NCBI GenBank assembly: GCA_031364845.1
Contig: JANLWX010000019.1
Span: 1 to 64,000, forward strand
Origin: Candidatus Eiseniibacteriota bacterium
Lineage (GTDB): Bacteria > Eisenbacteria > RBG-16-71-46
Length of the DNA: 64,000 nucleotides
Direction of reading: 5' to 3'
The translations under genes were made by a program, and so were the position numbers. The notes under the pieces are model-generated. The model was given only the letters and a program-made list of their open reading frames with translations, did not search any database and had not been told where the DNA came from. This document shows positions 48,480-60,060 of the stretch, piece by piece. The stretch's first letter is position 1. The number at the start of each line of letters is the position of its first letter.

Positions 48480-50549
48480 TCAGACCAGGTGGAGGACGGT
48501 GAGCAGCATGTCGATCGCCTTGATGCCGGCGAACGGCACGATCAGCCCGCCGACTCCATAGATGAGCACGTTGTTGCGCAGGACTGCTGCGGCACCGAGC
48601 GGGCGGTACCGCACGCCCCGCAAGGCCAGCGGGATCAGCGCAATGATGATCAGCGCGTTGAAGATCACGGCAGACATGATGGCGCTCGACGGCGATGTCA
48701 GCCGCATGATGTTGAGCGCATCGAGTGCGGGATAAGTGGTGACGAATACCGCAGGAATGATCGCAAAGTACTTCGCAACGTCGTTCGCGACGCTGAATGT
48801 CGTGAGCGCGCCGCGCGTCATGAGCAACTGTTTGCCGGTTTCGACGATCTCGATCAGCTTGGTCGGGTTCGAGTCGAGATCGACCATGTTCCCGGCTTCC
48901 TTGGCCGCCTGGGTGCCCGAGTTCATTGCAACCGCAACATCCGCCTGCGCCAGGGCCGGAGCGTCGTTGGTGCCGTCGCCCGTCATCGCCACCAACCGGC
49001 CTCCCGCCTGGTGCTCGCGGATCAGCTTGAGCTTGGCTTCCGGCGTTGCCTCGGCGAGAAAGTCGTCCACACCCGCTTCGGCCGCGATCGCGGCTGCGGT
49101 CAGAGGATTGTCGCCGGTGATCATGATGGTCTTGATCCCCATGCGTCGCAGATGCGCGAAACGATCCTTGATGCCGCCCTTGACGATGTCCTTGAGCCGG
49201 ATCGCGCCGAGCACCGTCGCGTTTTCCGCGACCACGAGCGGAGTGGCGCCCTGGCGCGCGATGTGGTCGACCGCCGTTCGAACCTCATGAGGGAATTCGC
49301 CGCCCTGCGCGCGCACGAACGCCTCGATCGCGTCGGTGGCACCCTTGCGGACCATTCGCACACCGAGATCGACACCACTCATGCGCGTCTGCGCGGTGAA
49401 CGGGACGAAACGCGCGCCGATCGATTGAATATCACGCTCCCGAATGCCGAACTGCTCCTTGGCCAGCACGACGATGCTGCGGCCTTCGGGTGTTTCATCG
49501 GAGAGAGATGAGAGTTGAGCCGCGTCGGCGAGTTGCTCGAGGCTGATTCCGGGAGCTGGAACGAATTCTGTGGCCTGGCGGTTCCCGAGCGTGATGGTTC
49601 CGGTCTTGTCGAGCAGCAGCACATCGACGTCACCCGCCGCCTCGACGGCGCGGCCGGACATGGCGACGACATTGTCCTGCGTCAGCCGATCCATCCCGGC
49701 GATGCCGATTGCGGACAACAGACCGCCGATGGTGGTCGGAATCAGGCACACGAGCAGGGCGCTCAGCGCGGTCACCGTGATCGGCGTGCCGCTGCCTGCG
49801 ACCGACACGCTGTAGAGCGAGAATGGCAGCAAGGTTGCCGTGGCGATCAGGAACACCAGCGTGAGCGCGGCGAGCAGAATGTTGAGCGCGATCTCGTTCG
49901 GTGTCTTCTGGCGCTTTGCGCCTTCGACCATGCTGATCATGCGGTCGAGAAATGTTTCTCCCGGATTCGCCGTGACGCGCAGCACGAGCCAGTCGGAAAG
50001 GATTCGCGTCCCGCCGGTCACCGCACTTCGATCCCCGCCGCTTTCGCGGATCACGGGAGCGCTCTCTCCGGTGATCGCACTCTCGTCCACCGACGCGACA
50101 CCCTCGATGACTTCGGCGTCGCATGGGATGCGGTCGCCCGCGGCGACCACCACATGATCGCCCTTGCGAAGGGTCGTCGCGGGGACGGCCTGGAAAGTCA
50201 CTCGATCAGCGGGATCATCGAGCTTCTTTGCGAACACGTCAGCCCGTGCCCGGCGCATCGATTCAGCCTGCGCCTTGCCCCGGCCTTCGGCCATCGCCTC
50301 GGCAAAGTTCGCGAACAGCACGGTGAACCACAGCCAGACCGAGACGCTGAGGATGAAGCTCGCAGGAGCCTCGCCGTGGCCTCCGAGCGCCTGAAACCCG
50401 AGGACCGTGGTCAATGCCGCGGTGACGACGACCACGAACATCACGGGATTGCGCAACTGCACCCGCGGGTCGAGCTTGATGAATGCCTCGAGGGCGGCAC
50501 GACGCGCAATTTTCGGTTCGAACAGCGGACGGGCCTCGAGTCTCGACAT
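48480..50549 (-). CDS. kdpB: K+-transporting ATPase subunit B
   Basis: [34 protein letters not shown] before ATG 50549. Confidence 0.98.
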   Translation of the reverse strand: MSRLEARPLFEPKIARRAALEAFIKLDPRVQLRNPVMFVVVVTAALTTVLGFQALGGHGEAPASFILSVSVWLWFTVLFANFAEAMAEGRGKAQAESMRRARADVFAKKLDDPADRVTFQAVPATTLRKGDHVVVAAGDRIPCDAEVIEGVASVDESAITGESAPVIRESGGDRSAVTGGTRILSDWLVLRVTANPGETFLDRMISMVEGAKRQKTPNEIALNILLAALTLVFLIATATLLPFSLYSVSVAGSGTPITVTALSALLVCLIPTTIGGLLSAIGIAGMDRLTQDNVVAMSGRAVEAAGDVDVLLLDKTGTITLGNRQATEFVPAPGISLEQLADAAQLSSLSDETPEGRSIVVLAKEQFGIRERDIQSIGARFVPFTAQTRMSGVDLGVRMVRKGATDAIEAFVRAQGGEFPHEVRTAVDHIARQGATPLVVAENATVLGAIRLKDIVKGGIKDRFAHLRRMGIKTIMITGDNPLTAAAIAAEAGVDDFLAEATPEAKLKLIREHQAGGRLVAMTGDGTNDAPALAQADVAVAMNSGTQAAKEAGNMVDLDSNPTKLIEIVETGKQLLMTRGALTTFSVANDVAKYFAIIPAVFVTTYPALDALNIMRLTSPSSAIMSAVIFNALIIIALIPLALRGVRYRPLGAAAVLRNNVLIYGVGGLIVPFAGIKAIDMLLTVLHLV

Positions 50550-50607
50550 CGGTCGCTCCTGCAATGATGATGTGTTCGGTCTTCGTCGTTTTCGTGAACG
50601 GTGAGCG

Positions 50608-52350
50608 TCAGCGGGCGCCGAGTTGCAAATGCTCCACGATGGGCCCCAGCGCGAGCGCCGGGAAGAACGCGAGCGCCCCCACGATCAGCACCACACTCAG
50701 GAGCAGAACGACGAACAACGGCGTATGCGTGGGAAGCGTGCCCGCACCGGCCGCAACTTTCTTCTTCGCGGCCAGCGATCCCGCGATCGCGAGCACCGGC
50801 ACCGCGAGCCAGAAGCGACCGATCAGCATCGCGATCCCGAGCAACAGATCGTAGAACGGATGGTTCGCGCCCAGGCCGGCGAAGGCGCTGCCATTGTTGT
50901 TCGAGGCGGAACTCACGGCGTACAGGACTTCGGTGAATCCGTGCGGGCCGGGATTGAAGATGCCGGCCCGACCCGCGGCGGTCATGACCGCGATCGCGGT
51001 TCCAAGCTTGACCGTCAGCGGCGGGATCAGGATGACGAGCGAAGCCATCGTCATCTCGCGCGCTTCGATCTTCTTGCCGAGATACTCCGGGGTCCGTCCC
51101 ACCATGAGGCCGGAGATGAATACGGCGGTGAGCGCGAACATCAACATGCCGTAGAGCCCAGAACCGACACCGCCGAAGACGACCTCGCCCAGCTGAATGA
51201 GCACCAGCGGAACGAGCCCGCCCAGCGGCAGGAATGAGTCGTGCATCGAGTTCACGGACCCGTTCGAGGCCGCGGTCGTGGCGGTCGCCCAGATCGCAGA
51301 GTTCACCGGACCGAAACGCGCCTCTTTGCCTTCCATGTTGCCGCCCGGCTGAAGGGCCGTGGCGCGCGAATCGACACCGAGTGCCGTGAGGCGCGGGTTC
51401 GCAGACCGCTCGACCCAAACATTCACGATCATCAAGGCGACGAAGATGATCGCCATGGCGGCGAAAATTGCCCACCCCTGCCGCCGGTCGCCGACCAACT
51501 TGCCGAACGTGAAACACATCGCCACCGGAATGAGCAGGATCGCGATCAGCTGGAGGAAATTGGAGAGCGGCGTCGGATTCTCGAGCGGATGCGCCGAGTT
51601 CGTGTTGAAGAACCCGCCGCCATTGGTGCCGAGCTGCTTGATCGCGATCTGCGAAGCGGCGGGTCCGACAGCGATCTGTTGTTCGGTGACCGGCTGGTTC
51701 TCGGAGTCCACGGTGGGCTGAGTGAGCGTGACCGCGCGGGTCGCACCGAGCGTCTGGACGACGCCCTGCGAAACCATGGCGAGCGCCAGCACGAGCGACA
51801 GCGGCAGCAGGATGTAGAGCGTCGAGCGCGTCAGGTCGACGTAGAAGTTGCCGATGGTCGCAGCGGAGTGACGAACGAATCCGCGCACCAGGGCTGCCAG
51901 CACCGCGATGCCGGTCGCCGCCGAAACGAAGTTCTGCACCGTGAGGCCCAGCATCTGGGTCAGATAGCTCATCGTGACTTCGCCGGAATAGCTCTGCCAG
52001 TTCGTATTGGACACGAAGCTCACGGCGGTGTTGAAGGCGAGGTGTGGTGGGACGCCCGGCAGTCCTGCGGGATTGAGGGGCAACGCGCCTTGCACTCGTT
52101 GAAGCACATAGACCACGAGCACGCCGGCGGTGCTGAACACGAGCATGGCAACCGCATAGCGACGCCAGCTCATCTCACTTCGTGGATCCACTCCCGCGAT
52201 GCGGTAGATGCCGCTCTCCAGCCACCCGAGCACCGGCTCGAGCGTTCGGCGACCCTCCAGCACGCGGGCTATGTACAAGCCCAGCGGCCAGCCCGCCGCC
52301 ACCAGCACGCCCACGTACAGCACGACCTGCGTCCACGCGTTCGAATTCAT
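50608..52350 (-). CDS. kdpA: K+-transporting ATPase subunit A
   Basis: [47 protein letters not shown]. Confidence 0.98.
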   Translation of the reverse strand: MNSNAWTQVVLYVGVLVAAGWPLGLYIARVLEGRRTLEPVLGWLESGIYRIAGVDPRSEMSWRRYAVAMLVFSTAGVLVVYVLQRVQGALPLNPAGLPGVPPHLAFNTAVSFVSNTNWQSYSGEVTMSYLTQMLGLTVQNFVSAATGIAVLAALVRGFVRHSAATIGNFYVDLTRSTLYILLPLSLVLALAMVSQGVVQTLGATRAVTLTQPTVDSENQPVTEQQIAVGPAASQIAIKQLGTNGGGFFNTNSAHPLENPTPLSNFLQLIAILLIPVAMCFTFGKLVGDRRQGWAIFAAMAIIFVALMIVNVWVERSANPRLTALGVDSRATALQPGGNMEGKEARFGPVNSAIWATATTAASNGSVNSMHDSFLPLGGLVPLVLIQLGEVVFGGVGSGLYGMLMFALTAVFISGLMVGRTPEYLGKKIEAREMTMASLVILIPPLTVKLGTAIAVMTAAGRAGIFNPGPHGFTEVLYAVSSASNNNGSAFAGLGANHPFYDLLLGIAMLIGRFWLAVPVLAIAGSLAAKKKVAAGAGTLPTHTPLFVVLLLSVVLIVGALAFFPALALGPIVEHLQLGAR

Positions 52351-52439
52351 CAGAACTTCTCCGGTCGCAAGAGCGCATAGAGCAGATACACGAACAGCAC
52401 GATGGTGATGACACCCCCGACGACGTAGAGAGTATTCAT
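52350..52439 (-). CDS. kdpF: K+-transporting ATPase subunit F (29 aa)
   Basis: Hand-translated MNTLYVVGGVITIVLFVYLLYALLRPEKF*. TGATG overlap with kdpA. Confidence 0.95.
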   Translation of the reverse strand: MNTLYVVGGVITIVLFVYLLYALLRPEKF

Positions 52440-52446
52440 GAGCGCA

Positions 52447-52533
52447 TCACCTCGGCTTCTCGTCACGTCCCACCAGCAGGACGAGACTTCCGAAGAACAC
52501 CACGATCAGCCCGATCATCATCACGTCCCACAT
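52447..52533 (-). CDS. Small single-TM peptide (28 aa) upstream of kdpF
   Basis: MWDVMMIGLIVVFFGSLVLLVGRDEKPR* with strong RBS GGGGAGG. Confidence 0.75.
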   Translation of the reverse strand: MWDVMMIGLIVVFFGSLVLLVGRDEKPR

Positions 52534-52606
52534 GTGTCCTCCCCTCGTTGCAGGAACGATTGGACACGACGGAGGGCCGGGCGGCGAGTACGGATCGCGG
52601 CACCGG

Positions 52607-52624
52607 GCATCAGGAAAGCATCAA
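52607..52624 (-). promoter_or_regulatory. Putative KdpE-binding direct repeat
   Basis: On the minus strand TTGATGC-tttc-CTGATGC, an 11-bp period typical of OmpR-family boxes, about 75 nt upstream of the kdp operon. Confidence 0.5.
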
Positions 52625-52769
52625 GATCGGAGGTGGATTGCGGGCGGGATCCTGGATCATCCCGGGAACGGCAGAGCACACGGTCCGTGGAGGCAGTTGA
52701 AACGCGCAACGGGCACGCGGCGAACCGCGCACCCGTGCGATGACCTCGACAATCCTCCGCGAACGGAGC

Positions 52770-55493
52770 CTAAGCGCCTGCCTTCGCCAGATTCCTCAGC
52801 ACGGTCTGCAGAATGCCGCCGTTCTTGTAGTAGTCGACCTCGACCAGGCTGTCGAGGCGCGCCACGCACTGGAACATCAGCACCGATCCGTCGTCGCGCT
52901 TCGCATGCACGGTGACGGACATGCGCGGCTCGAGCCCGGTGACGAACCCCAGAATGTCGAACGTCTCGCGGCCGGTGAGCCCGAGCGTCTCGGCCGTCGT
53001 TCCGGGCGCGTACTGCAGCGGCATCACACCCATCCCGACCAGATTCGAGCGATGGATGCGCTCGTAGCTCTCGGCGATCACGGCGCGCACGCCGAGCAGC
53101 AGCACGCCCTTCGCCGCCCAGTCGCGCGAGCTGCCGGAGCCGTACTCCTTGCCCGCCAGCACCACGAGCGGCACGGCTTCTTCGCGGTAGCGCTCGGCGG
53201 CATCGAAGATCGCCATCGTTTCGCTGCTCGGCAGATGCACCGTGACACTGCCTTCGCTGCCGGGCACCAGCAGATTCTTCAGACGGATGTTCGCAAACGT
53301 GCCGCGCACCATGACAAGGTCGTTGCCGCGCCGCGAGCCGTACGAATTGAAGTCGGACTTGGTCAGTCCGCGGCTCTCAAGCCAGCGTCCGGCCGGGCTG
53401 TCCTTCGCGATGTCGCCGGCAGGTGAGATGTGATCGGTCGTCACCGAATCACCCACGCGCACCAGGCAGCGCGCGCCCTGGATGTCGTGCACCGGCGGCG
53501 GCTCGAGCGTGAAGTTCTGGAAGAACGGCGGCTCGTGGATGTACGTGGACGCCGCGTCCCACTTGTAGAGCTCGCCCTCCGCGACCGGAATCGCGTTCCA
53601 GCGCGGGTTGCCGTCGAACACGTTCGCATACTGCTCGGCGAACTGCTCGGGCTTGAGCGCGCTCAGGATCGTCGAGCGGATCTCTTCGTGCGTCGGCCAC
53701 ACGTCGCGCAGATAGACCGCCTTGCCATCCTTGCCCTGTCCGAGCGGCTCGGTCGCGAAGTCGATGTCGACCGTTCCCGCGAGCGCATACGCCACGACCA
53801 GCGGCGGCGACGCGAGATAGTTCGCGCGCGTGTACGGATTCACGCGGCCTTCGAAATTGCGATTGCCCGAGAGCACCGCCGCGGCCACGAGATTCTCTGC
53901 GGTGATCGCGTCGGCGACCGGCTGCGGCAGCGGGCCTGAATTGCCGATGCAACTACAACAGCCGTAGCCAACCGTATGAAAGCCAAGCGCCTGCAGCGGC
54001 ACTGTCAGCTCGGCCGCATCGAGATACTCGGTCACGACCTTCGATCCCGGCGCGAGGCTCGTCTTCACGTAGCCCGGCACCGTGAGTCCGCGCGCGACCG
54101 CCTTCTGCGCGAGCAGACCCGCAGCCACCATCACGGCGGGATTCGAGGTGTTCGTGCACGACGTGATCGCCGCGATCACGACGGCGCCGTGTCCGAACGT
54201 CTCGGAAGTCCCGTTGGTTCCGATCTTCGCTTTGCTCCCGAGCTCGGACTCGATGAGTCCGTAGCCGCGCTCCTTCACCGGCGCGATCAGCGCGCGGCGG
54301 AACGCGGGCTTCATGTCGGTGAGCACCACGCGGTCCTGAGGCCGCTTGGGACCGGCGAGGCACGGTTCGACGTCGCCGAGATCCAGCTCCAACGTGTCGG
54401 TGAACTCGGGCGCCGGCGCATCGGCGGTGCGGAACAGCTTCTGCTCCTTCGCATACGCTTCGAGTTGCCGCGCACCTTCGGCGCGGTTCGTGCGCTCGAG
54501 GTAGCGCAGCGTTTCGTCGTCGACCGGGAAGAAGCCCATCGTGGCACCGTACTCGGGCGCCATGTTGGCGATGGTCGCGCGATCCGCGAGCGACATCGCG
54601 GACAGGCCCGGCCCGAAGAACTCGACGAACTTCTCGACCACGCCCTTCTTGCGCAGCATCTGAGTGACGGTGAGCACGAGGTCGGTCGCGGTCACGCCTT
54701 CGCGCAGCGCGCCGAACACCTTGAAGCCGATCACCTCGGGCATGACCATGTAGAGCGGCTGGCCCAGCATCACGGCTTCGGCTTCGATGCCACCGACGCC
54801 CCAGCCGACCACGCCGAGTCCGTTGATCATCGTCGTGTGCGAGTCGGTGCCGACCAGCGTGTCGGGATAGGCGACCATGCCGGTTGCATCGGCGCTCATC
54901 ATGAGCCCGCGCGCCAAGTACTCGAGATTCACCTGGTGCACAATGCCGGTCGCGGGCGGAACCACGCGGAAGTTGTGGAACGACTTCTGGCCCCAGCGCA
55001 GGAACTCGTAGCGTTCGCGGTTGCGCTGGAATTCGATCTCGGCGTTCTGCTCGAGCGCGCGCACGTTGCCGAACACGTCGACCTGCACCGAGTGATCGAT
55101 CACGAGATCGACCGGCACCAGCGGATTGATGACCGCCGGGTTGGCGCCGAGACGCTGAACGGCATCGCGCATCGCTGCGAGATCCACGACGCAGGGAACG
55201 CCGGTGAAATCCTGAAGGATCACGCGCGCCGGTTTGAACGGGATCTCGCGCGGCGACAAATCGGGCTTCGCAGTCCAGCGCGCGATGCGCAGCACGTCGT
55301 CCTCCAAGACCTGGAATCCGTCGCAACTGCGCAGGGCGGCTTCGAGCACGATGCGGATCGAGAACGGCAGGCGTTCGAGCGCGATGCCGTGCTGCTCGGC
55401 GAACGGGGCGAGCCGGTAGATGCTCACGGCTCCGGCGCCGGGGAGCATGAAGGAACTGCGGGCGCCGAATGGATCGACTTTGCGGGTATTCAT
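52770..55493 (-). CDS. acnA: Aconitate hydratase A
   Basis: [72 protein letters not shown]. Confidence 0.97.
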   Translation of the reverse strand: MNTRKVDPFGARSSFMLPGAGAVSIYRLAPFAEQHGIALERLPFSIRIVLEAALRSCDGFQVLEDDVLRIARWTAKPDLSPREIPFKPARVILQDFTGVPCVVDLAAMRDAVQRLGANPAVINPLVPVDLVIDHSVQVDVFGNVRALEQNAEIEFQRNRERYEFLRWGQKSFHNFRVVPPATGIVHQVNLEYLARGLMMSADATGMVAYPDTLVGTDSHTTMINGLGVVGWGVGGIEAEAVMLGQPLYMVMPEVIGFKVFGALREGVTATDLVLTVTQMLRKKGVVEKFVEFFGPGLSAMSLADRATIANMAPEYGATMGFFPVDDETLRYLERTNRAEGARQLEAYAKEQKLFRTADAPAPEFTDTLELDLGDVEPCLAGPKRPQDRVVLTDMKPAFRRALIAPVKERGYGLIESELGSKAKIGTNGTSETFGHGAVVIAAITSCTNTSNPAVMVAAGLLAQKAVARGLTVPGYVKTSLAPGSKVVTEYLDAAELTVPLQALGFHTVGYGCCSCIGNSGPLPQPVADAITAENLVAAAVLSGNRNFEGRVNPYTRANYLASPPLVVAYALAGTVDIDFATEPLGQGKDGKAVYLRDVWPTHEEIRSTILSALKPEQFAEQYANVFDGNPRWNAIPVAEGELYKWDAASTYIHEPPFFQNFTLEPPPVHDIQGARCLVRVGDSVTTDHISPAGDIAKDSPAGRWLESRGLTKSDFNSYGSRRGNDLVMVRGTFANIRLKNLLVPGSEGSVTVHLPSSETMAIFDAAERYREEAVPLVVLAGKEYGSGSSRDWAAKGVLLLGVRAVIAESYERIHRSNLVGMGVMPLQYAPGTTAETLGLTGRETFDILGFVTGLEPRMSVTVHAKRDDGSVLMFQCVARLDSLVEVDYYKNGGILQTVLRNLAKAGA

Positions 55494-55764
55494 GTCGCGT
55501 CCTTTCCAGTGGCGACGGCACACAGGGCCGTCGGGTGAAGACGCGGGGACACACAGGGTCCCCTGATTGTCGTGCGGCCGAAGCTCTGGCCACGGGCGAA
55601 GAATAGCACCGCCGCCCTGCGTGAGGTATCGGCAATTTTGCCGGGTGGTCCGCACTGCAATCTGCACGATCAACGCTCAAGCCCGCCCCGCCCGCCTGCC
55701 GATTCCGGGTCGAACGATCTGCCGTCTTGCCCTTGAGATCCCCTGCCCCGAGAACCGTGTCCGC

Positions 55765-57346
55765 ATGAGCATCATTCCGCTGCATCCGGTCCGCCGTCGG
55801 ACGGCCGCCGAAGGCGCACCCGGGCCCGTCACGCCTCCCGGCGACGACACACTCTATCCCCCGATCACGCCGGTGCCGGCGGCGACGGGATTGCGCCTGA
55901 TGCCGACGATCGCGGCACTGCTCGACTGGCGCCAGCCGTATCTGATCCCGCTCGTGTTGCTCGCGCTCTCGCGCATCATCATGGCGTGGCTGCTGCCGAT
56001 GGCGTCGGAAGACGCCTACATCACCTACCGCTACGCACGGAACCTCGCCCTCGGCTACGGGCCGGTGTTCAACCCCGGCGAGCGTGTGATGGGTTTCACC
56101 TCGCCGCTGTGGATGGCGTGGAACGCGCTCGGGTGGCTGCTCACGCGCGATCCCGCAATGTGGTCGCGCGCGTGGACGCTGCTCGGCGACGCAGTGACGC
56201 TCGGTGGTCGCGGCATCGATGCTCCGGCATCACGCTTCGCGCGCTTCGGCCTGGTGTTTCGCGTTCGCGTTCGCGACCTGGACCGCGTTCACCGGTGTGG
56301 CGATCTCGGGCATGGAGAACAGCATGATGGTGACGCTGATCGTGCTCTCGGCCGGACTCGCCGAAACCGGCAGCCGCGGCACGGGTGTGGCGCTCGGCGC
56401 GCTGGCGCTTCTGCGCCCCGAAGGCTTCGCGGCGGCGGCGCTCATCGCGCTGCGCGCGCGCGGACGCGATCGCTGGGTCGCACTCGCGATCGCCGGCGCC
56501 GGCATTGCGATGCTGTGGATGTACTTCGGAACGCCGCTGCCGCAGAGCGTGACGGCTAAGGCGCAGATCTATGGAACACCGGGCCCGTGGGCCGGGCGCC
56601 ACTGGTGGGAATGGGCGTTCCCATTCGCGCTCGGCCGCTGGCCGTTGATGCCGGACACGCGGTTCCTGTTCCTCGGCACCGTCCTCGCCGCACCCGCCGC
56701 CGCGGTCGGGCTGCGCGTACTGTGGAACCTCCGCACGACCGGACTCGCGTTCGCGATCTATGCGGCGGTCGGCGTGTGGCTCGGCTATGCGCTAATGGGT
56801 GTGGCGTATTTCTTCTGGTATCTCGTGGTGCCGATTGCGGCGTGGTTCCTTCTGGTCGCCCTCGGACTGCCGCGCATCGTTCGCGGTCGCGCGGTCTATG
56901 TGAGCGGCGCGCTGCTGATGCTCGGCTGCTGGACCGTGGTGTGGGAACTGTACGGAGCGCGCGCCGAGCAGAGCTTCGCCCAGGTCGCCGAACACCTCAT
57001 CCAGAACTCGACGCCGTGGCAGAAGGTGATGCTCGAGCCGATCGGTGTGGTGGGCTACCGCGCGAAGCTGATCGTGATCGATGAAGTCGGACTCGTGAGC
57101 CCCAAGGTCGCCCGGCGCCGCATGAAGGGCGCGGGCTGGATGACCGACGTGATCGCCGCCGAGAAGCCCGAGTGGCTGGTGGTTCGCCGCGGGGTGCTCG
57201 AGCAGCTCGAAGCCTTCGCGGGCGCGGGTGCCCCGGTCCGCAACGCGGGCGAACGTGACGCGCTGCTCAAAGGCTACGGCGTCTCCAAGATCGTCGCCGA
57301 GGAGACCGGCGAAGCCGCGCTCGTCGTGCTGCGCCGCCGCGGCTGA
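55765..57346 (+). pseudogene. GT-C-type membrane glycosyltransferase (AftB-like N-terminus), frameshifted at ~56203
   Basis: EDAYITYRYARNL...FNPGERVMGFTSPLW in the first frame; SGMEN, LLRPEG and TM helices in the second. Removing one G joins them. May be a sequencing error. Confidence 0.75.
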
Positions 57347-57353
57347 CGCGGCG

Positions 57354-58082
57354 TCAATCGCGCGGTGTGACCTTGCGCCGGCGCGACCACACCAGTATCA
57401 GCGAGCCCAGCGACAGGATCGTCGCGAACACGAACCACTGGATCGCATAGCCCAGGTGCATCGCCTCGTCGTGCGGCGCGGGCATGCGGCGCACCGGCAT
57501 CGCGGGCAGCGACGAATCCGGCAGCTGCTTCACGTAGAACGCGGCGAGTGCATAGGGCACGCGCACCGCGATCGAATCGCCGTCGAGCCACCGGCCGGAC
57601 CACAGCGTCGCGGAGTCCGAGGGCACCGCCATCAACGGCGGCCCGCCGCGGGCGGTGATGAGCGACTCCGCCACGCCGATCACAATGCGTTCGCCGGGCT
57701 CGGGATAGCGCTCGGGATGCGCACGCGCCGCATCGTCGGAGTAGAGCCAGCCGCGCTCGACCAGCACCGCGTGCGACCCGCGTGGAAGCACCAGCGGTGT
57801 CACCACGCTCACGCCGGGCGAGCCGGAATTCGCGCGCCCCGACAGCAGGAACTGATGACGCTCGTCGTAGGTCCCGCGAATCTCGACGCGCCGCCCGCGC
57901 ACAGAGGCGACTTCGGTGCGGGGATCATCCACGCGCACCGGCGGCAGCGCGAGCGCGCCGCGCAGAGCGACGTTCATCGCCTGCTTCTCGCGCAGGCGCG
58001 AGAGCTGCCAGAAGCCGAGCCGCACGCACAGCGCCGACATGCCGATCACGAATATGGCGGCGAGGATGTGGCGGAGTTTCAT
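57354..58082 (-). CDS. SURF1 family protein
   Basis: LGFWQLSRL, VVTPL...VLVERGW, HLGYAIQWF. Confidence 0.93.
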   Translation of the reverse strand: MKLRHILAAIFVIGMSALCVRLGFWQLSRLREKQAMNVALRGALALPPVRVDDPRTEVASVRGRRVEIRGTYDERHQFLLSGRANSGSPGVSVVTPLVLPRGSHAVLVERGWLYSDDAARAHPERYPEPGERIVIGVAESLITARGGPPLMAVPSDSATLWSGRWLDGDSIAVRVPYALAAFYVKQLPDSSLPAMPVRRMPAPHDEAMHLGYAIQWFVFATILSLGSLILVWSRRRKVTPRD

Positions 58083-58174
58083 GGCGAGCGCCGAAAGGAC
58101 TGGCTCGACTGCGAAGTGTGGGCGTTCACGAGCGGAGCCTCAGGAGCCGGCCGGGCGCGTGCACCGCGCGCGGG

Positions 58175-58408
58175 TCATGGCGCGATCTTGGGCGCCGGAA
58201 GGTCGAAGGCGACCGCGAGGGCTTCGAATCCGCACGTTTTGTGCGCCGCGTCGCAGAACGGCTTGTTGTTCGACTGGCCGCAGCGGCACAGCGAGAGCTT
58301 GGTGCGCCCGGAAAGGCCATAGTTGCGGCCCTCCTGATCGACGATCTCGAAGTCGCCCTCGACCCGCAGCGATCCATTGTTCATCACGGTGATCTTGGTT
58401 GCCGTCAT
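58175..58408 (-). CDS. CDGSH iron-sulfur domain protein
   Basis: NNGSLRVEG and LCRCGQSNNKPFCDAAH. GGAGG RBS. Confidence 0.92.
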   Translation of the reverse strand: MTATKITVMNNGSLRVEGDFEIVDQEGRNYGLSGRTKLSLCRCGQSNNKPFCDAAHKTCGFEALAVAFDLPAPKIAP

Positions 58409-58488
58409 TCATAGCCTCCATGAGTGCGATGCCTTCGGCGCGCACTGTAACACCTGCCGCGATCGCTTCGCCCGCGCACGGGCGAAGC

Positions 58489-59559
58489 TCAAGGCACGCG
58501 CGTCGCGCGCGGAAGCGTGATCGTGAAGCACTGCCGCCCGGCACCGTGGCTCCAGAACCGCGAGCCGCGCTCGTACTCCGTGACCGCCGCGGTGTCGGGT
58601 AGCTCGAACGTTGCGCACAACTGATAGCGCAGCGAGTCGATTCCGGCGTAGTCGTAAGGCGCACCGGTCTCGGGATCGCGGATCGAGCGCACCTGCGAGA
58701 AGCGGAAGTCCACGACCTGATCGAGCGTTGCGGGCAACACGCGATTCTCGCGCGCATAGGCATCGATCGCCTCGGCGATCATGTTGAGATCCCCGATGCG
58801 CCGCTGGTCCAGCGACCGGCGCCGCTCCTGCTGCGGCGAGCCGGCAAACCACAGTCCGGCGACGATCGTCAGAAGCGCACCGAGCGCTCCGATGCGCGCG
58901 AGCACTCCGGTCGACGACGCACGCTGCGTCTCGGCCTCTTCGCGTCGCAGGTCGCCGAGGTAGTGGCCGAACACGATCCCCGCGATCGCGAACACCACCG
59001 CGACCTTGATCAGGAAGCGCGCGCCGAGTTCGCCCGCGAGCACGCCCGAGACGAGCGCGATGAGATCGCCGATCAGCACCAGTGCGGCGAGGAACAGCGT
59101 GAGGTAGGTGAGCCACTTGCGGATGCGCGAGCCGCGCTTTTCCGGGTCGCGCGCGATCGCGCGGCCGACCAGGCGCGAGACGAACAGGAAGATCGGGAAC
59201 GCCGTGACGAGCGAGGCGGTGGCGAACCGCGCGCGCGCCGCGAACTGCAGCCGACCACCGGCCGCCATTGCGGCATCCGGCCACCGCCATTCGATCAAGG
59301 CGAACAGCACCGAACCGACGTTGAAGGCGACAACGTAGAGCGTCGCGAACAGCACCAGGTAGAGAAACGCTTCGCGCGCCGAGAGATACGGCCGCCGCTG
59401 CGGAACCGGGAGCGGGAAGTCGGTCTCGGCCCAGCGACCGAGCGCCGACTCGACCTCGTCCGGGCGCCAGCCCGACGCCGCGAGTGCAGCGCGGATGCGA
59501 TCGCGCGAAACGCCCTGCGCGAGGGCGTCGCGGATGAAGGTATCGAGCTCGGTTCTCAT
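58489..59559 (-). CDS. DUF5671 domain membrane protein
   Basis: AREAFLYL, IRKWLTYLTLF, GSPQQER...DQRRIGDL, YQLCATF. GGAGG RBS. Confidence 0.8.
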   Translation of the reverse strand: MRTELDTFIRDALAQGVSRDRIRAALAASGWRPDEVESALGRWAETDFPLPVPQRRPYLSAREAFLYLVLFATLYVVAFNVGSVLFALIEWRWPDAAMAAGGRLQFAARARFATASLVTAFPIFLFVSRLVGRAIARDPEKRGSRIRKWLTYLTLFLAALVLIGDLIALVSGVLAGELGARFLIKVAVVFAIAGIVFGHYLGDLRREEAETQRASSTGVLARIGALGALLTIVAGLWFAGSPQQERRRSLDQRRIGDLNMIAEAIDAYARENRVLPATLDQVVDFRFSQVRSIRDPETGAPYDYAGIDSLRYQLCATFELPDTAAVTEYERGSRFWSHGAGRQCFTITLPRATRVP

Positions 59560-59713
59560 GAGGCCTCCCGGGTGGCGCAGCGTCCGCAGGGTGCGCGAGC
59601 GGCACGGCGGGCGCAAATCGCCGCAACCCCCGGTGCGCGCTCCACGTAATCAGGACATTCCCCGGGATGCGCGGGATCACTGCGCCCGGATCACCTCGAA
59701 AGGAGCAATCGCG

Positions 59714-60016
59714 ATGTTGGAACTGCTGGTGGGTGGCGCCGTGGTCCTTGCGGGTCTGGCGGTGTTCGGCCTGCTGTGGGCGGTCGTGGCGATGATCTGC
59801 TGGGCGATCGTGCTCCCGTTCAAGCTGCTCGGCTTCGCGTTCAAGAGCCTGGCGTTCCTGCTCGCGCTGCCGTTCATGCTGGTGATCGCGCTGTTCGCCG
59901 TGGTGGTGTTTGGAGTGGGCGCACTCCTGTTCGCGATCCCGGCGCTGCCGGTCATCGTGCTCGCGGCGATCATCTGGTGGTTCGCGAGCCGCGGCCGGAG
60001 CGCTCGCGTGGCTTAG
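59714..60016 (+). CDS. Small hydrophobic membrane protein
   Basis: AAAGGAG RBS; about 100 aa, almost entirely hydrophobic. Confidence 0.7.
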   Translation: MLELLVGGAVVLAGLAVFGLLWAVVAMICWAIVLPFKLLGFAFKSLAFLLALPFMLVIALFAVVVFGVGALLFAIPALPVIVLAAIIWWFASRGRSARVA

Positions 60017-60060
60017 ACGATTCCTCGCGGCGCCCGAGGCGACTCGGGCGCTTCGGGCAT

